This document shows positions 54,783 through 64,000 of a stretch of 64,000 bases of DNA, in pieces. How positions within the stretch are numbered: position 1 is the first letter of the stretch; the number at the start of each line of letters is the position of its first letter. The stretch covers positions 35,030,001-35,094,000 of the forward strand of contig OX597821.1 of assembly GCA_951406725.2 (NCBI GenBank). The letters are read 5' to 3'. Below the pieces are notes generated by a model. The model was given only the letters and a program-made list of their open reading frames with translations. It did not search any database and had not been told where the DNA came from. A program made the position numbers and the translations under genes. The DNA is from Octopus vulgaris. Its lineage: Eukaryota.

Positions 54783-55611
54783 TTTCTACTCTAGGTACAA
54801 GGCCCGAAATTTTTGCGCGAGTGGGGACCATTCGACTGGATCGACCTCAGTATGCAATTGGTATTTAATTTATCCACCCTGAAAGGATGAAAGGCAAAGT
54901 GGACATCGGCGGAATTTGAACTCAGAACGTAAAGACAGACGAAGTACCGCTAAGAATTTCGCCCGGTGTGCTAACGTTTCTGCTAGCTCACCGCCTTCAA
55001 AGTAATTAAATATTCTTTTCTACTCTTGGTACAAGGCCCGAAACTTTTGCGGGAGTGGGGGCCATTCGACTGGATCGACCTCAGTATGCAATTGGCATGA
55101 AAGGATGAAAGGCAAAGTGGACATCGGCGGAATTTGAACTCAGAACGTAAAGAGAGAGGAAATAACTCTAAGCATTTCACCCAGTGTGTTAACGTTTTAT
55201 TACTTTATTGCCCACAAGGGACTAAACATGGAGGGGACAAACAGGAACAGACAAACGGATTAAGTCGATTACATCGACCCCAGTGCGTAACTGGTACTTA
55301 ATTTATCGACCCCAAAGGGATGAAAGGCAAAGTCGACCTCGGCGGAAGTTGAACTAAGAACGTAACGGCAGATGTAATACCTATTTCTCTACTACCCAAA
55401 AGGGGCTAAACACAGAGAAGACAAACAAGAACAGACAAGCGGATTAAGTCGATTACATCGATCCCAGTGCATAACTGGTACTTATTCAATCGACCCCAAA
55501 AGGATGAAATGCAAAGTCGACCTCGGCGGAATTTGAACTCAGAACGTGACAGCAGACGGAATACTGCTAAGCATTTCGCCCGGCGTTCTAACGGTTCTGC
55601 CAGCTCTCCGC
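54783..55611 (-). mobile_element. Cluster of four family B SINE units (duplicated variant-tail pair plus a head-to-tail dimer)
   Basis: 54783-54996 and ~55015-55196 share private changes (GTGGACATCGGCGG); 55198-55611 is a dimer with junction at 55381/55382. Confidence 0.85.
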
Positions 55612-55812
55612 TTTCGAAGATGTTAAATATTATCCAGAAGAGGCATAGGCATGGCTGTATGGTCAAGATGATTGCTTTGCAACCACGTTATTTTGAGTTC
55701 AATCCCACTGCGTGACAAGTTGAGCTGGTGTCTTCTGATATTGCTCATGAGCCGAATAATGCCTTATGAATGAATTTGGAAGACGGAAACTGTATGGAAA
55801 CCCGTCAAATCC

Positions 55813-55940
<128 letters not shown>

Positions 55941-56351
55941 GTTTGTCTGTCAGTCAATATTTTCGTTCGACAAAATCTCTTTAAAGAAATGTAGTGTTAA
56001 AAGGCACTATAGACTTCAGAGGTAACCGAAATAATATCACTCCAGAAAGTGATTATAAGAGCGGCAGATACCGTATTTCGCCAGATAGCGTATTATCAAG
56101 ACTGCGCACTCACGTCACCTTCGAAGTGAAATCAAAATTTCTAACCGAGCGATTAGCCGCAAATACCCCGACCACTAGGCTACGAGCCCACAAGCACACA
56201 CACACAATCTCTATTTCTGTCTCTCTCGTTTTCTGTCTGTGTGTGTGTCTGTCTGTGCGTCTGTCTGTCTATCTCTCGCACACACACACACATACAACCA
56301 CACACACACACACACACGTGTATACAAGTGAGCACACATCTATCTACCTAT

Positions 56352-56421
<70 letters not shown>

Positions 56422-56453
56422 GTTTGTCTGTCAGTCTGTCAGTCAATAGATAA

Positions 56454-56511
<58 letters not shown>

Positions 56512-57057
56512 TTCTGAGGAGATGAAAATAAGTAACTTATTCACTCCTAAACTGTTTTTTCCTTTTTATCTGTCGACAAGAAACGATTCAGTGGAAAGCC
56601 AGATAAGACTTGATACATCGCCATATTATCTGTTCTTGTTATGTAAGTCGCTAAAGGATTCATCTTTTCAGATGCTAACGAGGGGGAAAGAGGGAGAGAG
56701 AAAGAGAGGGAAAGAGAAGGTAAGGCTGAAGGGAAATAAGAACGCAAGAAAAAGAAAGAAAGAAAGAGAGAGAGGTGGGGTTTAAAAGATATTTGTAATA
56801 TATTCTCAACTGAAATTTTAAGCTAGCACATCCGGTTTAAAAAATACAACTAAGAATATTAAATAAATTATATCAATGAAAAAAAGAAAAAATTAAAGAA
56901 GGAAAGCAAAGAAAAAGAAGAAAAAAGGAAGAAGAGAAGAACAAGTAATTTAAATTTACAGTAATGTATATGGTATGTAATGGTGGAAACGTTTTTGGTT
57001 CTTGTAGTGAATGGAAGGAATTTCCTTATTGGGGCTTCTGCAAATGTTAATTCTTAC

Positions 57058-57211
57058 ATTCAACAACAGCTGTAATAATCTGTGAAATTGTTGCCTTGAC
57101 CCAGATTCATTTCTATTCAGGCTGCTCCAGCTGTGAGGGCTGTGAGGGCTACGAGGGCTGCGGGGGCTGTGAGGCTTCCTTGACTGTTGTTGTGGGAGGG
57201 ATGTAGCAGGG
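57058..57211 (-). CDS. Candidate exon, reading frame unresolved
   Basis: Strong acceptor TTCTTCTTTTTTTTAATTCTACTCAG|, donor AAT|GTAAGA, GC-richer than flanks; one frame open throughout (PATSLPQQQSRKPHSPRSPRSPHSPHSWSSLNRNESG...). No homology recognised. Confidence 0.4.
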
Positions 57212-57296
57212 CTGAGTAGAATTAAAAAAAAGAAGAAATGTCATGACAAGTTAATGAATTTGAAAACGCATTCGCACACATACACACACGGGCGCA

Positions 57297-57428
57297 GGCA
57301 GATTTAAGATGCCGAGTAATCTTCAGCTAATTTTATATAGGTTTTCCAATAATATAATCTGAGAACTTTATATTATTGGAAAACCTATATAAAATTAGCT
57401 GAAGATTATTCGGCATCTTAAATCTGCC
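57297..57428. repeat. Inverted repeat, 61-bp arms, 10-nt loop
   Basis: 57297-57357 pairs with 57368-57428 with one G-T wobble; contains CTGAAGA; (TA)n about 85 bp downstream. Confidence 0.85.
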
Positions 57429-57513
57429 GTAATATGTACAGCTTTTAATAAAATGTTGTAGTATGAAACAATTGTGCTAAATTACCGGATTCATTCTTGT
57501 TGCTTATTTTTGA

Positions 57514-57547
<34 letters not shown>

Positions 57548-58601
57548 CAAGTTTCTTTCAGTTTCCGTCTACCAAATCTACTCACTGGGCTTTGGTCGGC
57601 CCGAGACTATAGTAGAAGGCACTTTTCCAAGGTAGTATGCAGTGGGACTAAACTCGTAACCCTGTGGCTGGATAGCAAGCTTCTTACCACAGAGCCACGC
57701 CTGCACTTAATTTATATAATAAACTCAACCACAAACCCACAATCGTAAGCAGATGTATTTTAATATATTTCAAATGTAGCACAAACACACAATTACTCAT
57801 CCGCACCCGCCCATATTTACCCACGAAACTCTTTTATTCATGTATACCCGTTCATCGCTCCCAATATCCGGTATCTAAATACGTCAATTATTCCTAAAAT
57901 CCTAAATACATCTGATGAGCATAAACACTTATGCGTAAGTGTGGGTGTGTGTGTAAAAATATGTGTGTGTGTGTGCGTGAGACAGAAAGAGGGTGGGGTA
58001 GAAGAGAAGAAGGAAGAGCCTAAGCTTATTATCTTAAAGAAAATTTTAGAATAACGTTTACTAATGAGGAGATTCAGTAGTGAAAGTAGAGTCAATTGTA
58101 ATAAAATTCGTTTTGGCTTGGCTATTAAATTTCGCCTAACAGCTTATTCAGTCAGCTGTGTACCACATATACTATGGCTGTGTGCTCAGAATTTTGCGTC
58201 CCCCGCACGTTTCCCTCCCACTCCGCGACACGTTGAGCAAGTGTCTTCTACTGTAGCCTTGAGCCAACAAAAGCCTTGTGAATAGATTTAGTAGACTGAA
58301 ATTAAAAGTCCGTCGTATATACATTTGTGTATATATTTATGTGCGTATGCGTAACATTGACTTTGTGTCTTTGTTCACCACCACCGACCGATAACTGATA
58401 CTGGTTTGTTTACGATCCTCTAACTTAGCGATTCGTCAAAAAGACCGATAGAATTAGTACCATATTTTAAATACTAATATAAGTTTTGGGGTTGGTTTGC
58501 TTGACTAAAATTCTGTAGGGAGGTCATCCAGCTTGACAGCAGTCTAACAACTAAAACAAATACAAAACAAAAGATAAAGATACATACGCACATCACACAC
58601 A

Positions 58602-58632
<31 letters not shown>

Positions 58633-59589
58633 GCGAACACACAAGTATGATAGTGGCTTGTGTTCCGCTGGTCGTTCGAAGTGATGGACAGCTCACCCAC
58701 CAAAATGTTTCTTCCCTTTTTTTCTTTTTATCAGAGTCTACTTGTCTAGCGCCTTTAACAAGGCGTATGTATTAGACATCAGACTATTTTTCGGTGCTAA
58801 TATTTAGTGTATACGAATTGGATTCGGTGCTGAACTGGAGCTGAATACACACCGGGGAGAGCGACACCTACAGCACGGTTCAACATCGCTATGAATAATT
58901 TTCATGATGAGCGAATTTAGCTTTCGGTCTTCAGAAGTCGTATAAGCAATATCAAAGCAAAGACTAACTTTTTTTTCTTTCTTTACTGCCCACAAGGGGC
59001 TAAACACAGAGGAGACAAACAAGGACAGACAAACGGATTAAGTCGATTAAATCGACCCCAGTGCGTAACTGACACTTAATTTATCGACCCCGAAAGGATG
59101 AAAGGCAAAGTCGACCTCGGCGGAATTTGAACTCGGAACGTAACGACAGACGAAATACGGCTACGCATTCCGCCCGGCGTGCTAACGTTTCTGCTAGCTC
59201 AAAAGACTGGAAAGCTCTGGGACATTTTGTTGTAACGAAAAAAAACAAGAGCAAAAATGTACAAGGGAGTTAAGTGAGACAAATAAGACCGTTGTGCTAG
59301 TTTCACTACTTCTGAAAGATAAATAAATGAATCACGTGTGGCGGGAAGCAGGAAGGTGAATTAGGTGCAACAATTGCAAGTGTAGCACAGTAATGCACCA
59401 GTGTCAGTATTCGACTTTCAGAAGTAGAGAGATTGCTAAAAAAAACCAAAAAAAAAAAAAACCGCCAGACACGCTACCGTCAATTCTATTTTTGTGTCTA
59501 TCCGGACCCATGGTCATGAATATTGCGTAATGATCAAAACAGTACGATCACGAATAAGAGCAGCCGAAATTGGGGTTCAACCAAAATGT

Positions 59590-59935
59590 CTCTTAAGTAA
59601 CGTTACTCGACAGGGGTCAAGCTGAGAAATCAGGGAGTTTCTCCAGGTGAAACCGCTGCTTGAATCCATATTGAGGGGTTTACAGTTCAGGTACTAAAGA
59701 TATATGATCAGAATGTCTCAAGGAAAGAATCACAAGACGGATTCTTGAAGCCAAGCCAATCGGCTGGAGACCAAGGAGTAGATCAAAAACGAAATGATTG
59801 GATAATATTCGTAGTTTCGTCTGGTCTCGCTTGGGAATCCCGTTGGAAGGTCTACTTATGGTTGTTTCTAAATAGGACCATATGGAAGAGATGCCTTAGG
59901 ACTCTACTCTCACCACTCCTCCTGGAAAGAAGAAG
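59590..59935 (+). pseudogene. Old RTE-clade LINE 3' fragment
   Basis: RMSQ/ERITRRILEAKPIGWRPRSRSKTK*LDNIRSFVWSRLGIP... is a decayed G.RPRGRP..RW.D motif region. Confidence 0.75.
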
Positions 59936-59949
59936 AATTGTTATTACTA

Positions 59950-60778
59950 TTACGACCGGGTTCTAACCCGGGCCGCAGCAACAAAGTCCACCTGCCACAC
60001 ATCTCGGCGCATCATCATTGCCTTGAGGTTCTGGATACATTCCAAGCCAATGTCTGCAATAAAGGGATCTTTTCTGTTTGAACGGCAGTTTTTAACATAA
60101 TTTCTAGGTAACAAAAAATTTAAAACTTGGTATACTGGTAGAATGTGTTTATAAAACATCTTTTTCTCTTGGCTTTATTGAGAAAATTCTATAGTTTATA
60201 AGATATTTGTTGGTTTTTTTTACTTCAATTTCTGCAATTTCAACCAATCAAATACGTCCATTGAGGTAAAAAAAACCCATTCTGTGCCGTATGAATATGT
60301 CCCTCGTTTAAGAAACAGATTGGGTGTATTTACATTTATGAAGAAAAAAAAGATACCCTTCCCCCACCCTTAACCCTAAAACATTGAAATGCTATAGATC
60401 GATTCTAGGGTCATAATTATGGGTGACAATTTCATATGACACCGCTAGAAAAAAACTGCCGTTCAGACCGAAAAGACCCCAATCAAAGTTGTCGATGTAA
60501 GTGTGATGACGTTTTCCTCTTCTTACATCACCATGAAGTGGGTTCCACAAGACTAATTTGGATGCTTCCAGAGCAGGGTGGCGTACACAGTGACCGGATA
60601 GTCGCAGTCGTCTTTGCCTGATCTCCTTGCTAACTTTTGCCAGGTCTCCTCCCATAAAGGCAGTCATATGTTGCCGCCATTTCACATTTAGGGCAATTCG
60701 TAGTATCTCCTTGCGTAGCAGCCATTTAACCCATTTGATAGTTTCTTTGACAGTGTCTATGTTTCAATGCCATAGAAT
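59950..60778 (-). pseudogene. RTE-X-like LINE 3' fragment split by MITE copy 4
   Basis: YGIET*TL...LRIALNVKWRQH...IRQRRLRLSGHCVRH...LVLWNPLHG..RRG....TYIDN, resuming after the MITE as ..ADIGLECIQNLKAMMMRRDVW. Confidence 0.85.
60065..60479. mobile_element. MITE, GGATC-TIR family, copy 4
   Basis: TIRs present; flanks CAATAAAG / CAATCAAAG (TSD with a 1-nt indel). Confidence 0.9.
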
Positions 60779-62111
60779 AGCTATTTCTTTATTACCCACA
60801 AGGGGCTAAACATAGAGGAGACAAACAAGGACAGACATAGGTATTAAGTTGATTACATCGACCCCAGTGCATAACTGGTACTTAATTTATCGACCCTGAA
60901 AGGATAAAAGGCAAAGTCGACCTCGGCGGAATTTGAACTCAGAACGTAACGACAGACGAAATACCGCTGAGCATTTCGCCCGGCGTGCTAACGATTCTGC
61001 CAGCTCGACAGTTGTAATGAACAGCTTCATTTTGATTTGCTTGGATGGTTGGATGGAATAACTAACTAAATAAACAAATAAATGAAAACATAAATAATAT
61101 GGCCACAATTAAAGAGATTACTTATTAAGGAGACTGGTTGACTCGATGCCGGTATTTAATTTGCTATTATCGCTGATTTATTAATCATTTTACATTCTCC
61201 CTCCTCTGCTTTATATTCATTTATTTACTCATAATTATAATTATTATTTTGTTTTTCTTCTTACTTAACCCAAATTTCACCCCCTGCTTTGTCCAAATTA
61301 GGATGGGGAGTTACCTCTTGTCTCTAAGTTAACTTATACACCTATGTATTCTAGAAAATAAATACACAAGAAATATATTAGGTTTTTTTATAACGAAGTC
61401 TATAATTAAGAAAGTATAAAATGAAGTAATGGATATATGTATGAACCAATGTGATTACATGATCTTTCATACGCGTGCATGTGAATGTGTGTGTGGTGTG
61501 TGTGTGTGTGCGCGTGTGTGCGTGTGCGCGTGTGTGTATATGTATGTGTGTGTGTGTGTGTATGTGTGTGCATGTTTCTGCGCGCGCGTATTTGTTGTAT
61601 GTATTTGAGCGTATTATTATTAGACATGTATTATATTTGTATATTACTGCTAATATATTGTTGTGACTCCCTTCAGTCAGGAATGACCATGGGATTGCAC
61701 CTAGAAAGTTACCCTCACAGGCACAAGTCTAGGCCAGGTTGTTTATGGAAGACCAGCAGTCGCCCATGCATACCAGCCTCCCCTCTCCACACCAGCGAAG
61801 TTATCCAAGGGAAAGGCAAAGGCCGATGCAGCTGGGCACCAGTGACGTCGCAGTTCATTTATTAACGTGCTAGTGGCTGAGTACTCCACAGACACGTGTA
61901 CCCTTAACGTAGTTCTCGGGGAGATTCAGCGTGACACAGAATATGACAAGGCTGATCCTATGAAATACAGGTATAACAGAAACAGTTGTGGTGAAAGAGT
62001 ACAGCAGGGTTCACCGCCACCCCTGCCGAAGCCTCTTGGTGCTTTAGGTGTTTTCGCTCAATAAACACTCACAATGCCCGGTCTGAGAATCGAAACCGTG
62101 ATCCTATAACC

Positions 62112-62332
62112 TATTTCTTTATTACCCACAAGGGGCTAAACATAGAGGGGACAAGCAAAGACAGACATAGGGATTAAGTCGATTACATCGACCCCAGTGC
62201 GTAACTGGTACTTTATTTATCGACCCCGAAAGGATGAAAGGCAAAGTCGACCTCGGCGGAATTTGAACTCACAACGTAACGGCAGACGAAATACCGGTAA
62301 GCATTTCACCCGGCGTGCTAACGTCTCTGCCA
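62112..62332 (-). mobile_element. Family B SINE nested in a family D SINE (61985-62385)
   Basis: Exact 12-bp TSD GATCCTATAACC at 62100-62111 and 62333-62344. Confidence 0.9.
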
Positions 62333-62852
62333 GATCCTATAACCGCGAGTCCGCTGACCTGACCACTGGGCCATTGCGCCTCCACTGTTAATTTATACGC
62401 AAAATATTTATTCATGAATGCCAATGATTCCCCGTATCTATGTATTACATACATACACACACACACATTCACACACACATTACGAGTACGTGTGTGTATA
62501 TATGCACGTGTCTATGTATATTAGCAAGTATTTATCGACGTACTTAAGTCTGTGTGCAAGTATGTATGAATGCAAGCACATATGATGTACGTATGTACGT
62601 ATTTATACTTGTACGTAAGTATTCGCGCGTCTGTTTAAATCTCTATCAATATATATGTATATTCATGTACGCGTATGTGTGTAACTTTGAAGATATAGAA
62701 CAAAGCGTACCGAACTTTGCAATAAGGTAAACATTGTTACATAATGAATGTCATCTGTCTAGAATCGGGGTGTGGAAACTGCACCTACAATGCCTCATAC
62801 ATCCCTTTGATGTCCTTAAGTACGACCTTCTGGTAGAACCTCAGTATTTTGC

Positions 62853-62889
<37 letters not shown>

Positions 62890-64000
62890 GTCGCTTATTC
62901 ATCTCACAAATGTTTATAATTTATTTAAAATGTCATTAAAATGTCAGTTTACATTTCATTTTATTTCTTATCTAATATCTATAATTACATTTTCACCATA
63001 AATGTAATTATATTTTTCTATAGATCTAATAAAATTTTCATTGACGCTCTCGTATCGGAGTTTATGCTCATGTCAATGGGGCCTTCACGTCCCCGATCCA
63101 GATGGAATCAACTATTCATTTATTCTTTTACTGGGGCTCAGTTCCCTACATCAAGGGTTTTATTTGGCGGCATCAATTACACCGACTTCAGCCAATCGTA
63201 AAGTCATACGAGCGGTGAATGCAGAATCGTCAGTAAATCGGATGAAGCGGCTGGTGGTATTTGTTCCGGTTCTCTTCACTCTGAGCTCAAATCACGCCCA
63301 AGTCAACTTTTATATTTTCGAGATCGATAGAAAAATTATTACACACATGAGTCTATAGACATAAATAAATATAAAGCCAATATGCTCGACCAAGACTCTT
63401 TAAGGGAGTACCTCAGCATGGTCATAGTTCTATGACTGAAACCTCTTAACAAATGAAAGTGTTTCCGAGGGTTACATACCACGAAGTTTCTTCTGGATTG
63501 AAATAACAACTGAATACTAAATTAGTTCGTATAGCTTGCTGTTACTAGTACGGTGCTGTATCACTAGTTAACATTCAAATTGCGAAACCAACAGAGCCGC
63601 CAAAGGTAACAGGTCACGTAAACTGTAGCATTATTGTAACTTTGATAAAATAACATTTAGCGTTGATTTCAATTCCGCCTGTGGATGGATATAGCATGAG
63701 GGAAGACGATATCTTAATACACTACCTGAACACATACTGTTGCTATAGCTTTGTTGTAGTTTGGTTCACGGTCATCTCCATTCGAGTTCCCTATTCATCA
63801 TAGATTTGGCTGTTGTTGGTGTTGTCAATAATTAACTCCTGTCTGTCCTGATCAGTACTATTATGAAAAACATTCCAGTCGAGAGAGCTTCCGGTATTAT
63901 GTTCAGAAATAGTCCACGCTTGACTGCCTTATCTCAAAGGTATTTTACTTTCCCGTTATAAAACGGTAAGGTGTGATTTGAAAGAGATTTAGAGCTGCTT

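Noticed and set aside
58735-58764. Plus-strand 30-nt microexon (polypyrimidine-CAG ... GTATGT)
   Set aside because: Splice-like signals only; such motifs arise often by chance in AT-rich DNA and no partner exons were found.
63024-63200. Unique stop-poor stretch as a coding exon
   Set aside because: No recognisable protein motif and a weak donor; cannot be supported without transcript data.

Overview
AT-rich eukaryotic, almost entirely non-coding DNA, most likely from an octopus (inferred from the very dense di/tri/tetranucleotide microsatellites and tRNA-headed SINE families of the kind known from octopus; not verified by search). Nearly all ORFs in the track are microsatellite or SINE artefacts. 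Supported content: dozens of copies of three or four SINE families; four copies of a ~415-430 bp TIR MITE with 8-bp TSDs and internal TTAGGG-like repeats; a non-autonomous Helitron; a decayed Tc1 transposase; hAT-, mariner- and Sola-like MITEs; and 3' fragments of RTE and CR1 LINEs. One convincing host exon is on the minus strand (38565-38499, signal peptide plus phase-1 donor), with a few weaker exon candidates. The most unusual signals are (i) five near-perfect foldbacks (61-139 bp arms) set in (TA)n/(TATG)n tracts, most carrying parts of a type I hammerhead ribozyme core, plus a full core at 22887-22960, which points to Penelope-like element termini; and (ii) a SINE that forms head-to-tail multimers joined at one fixed hairpin junction. 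Coordinates were counted by hand and may be off by a few bases.
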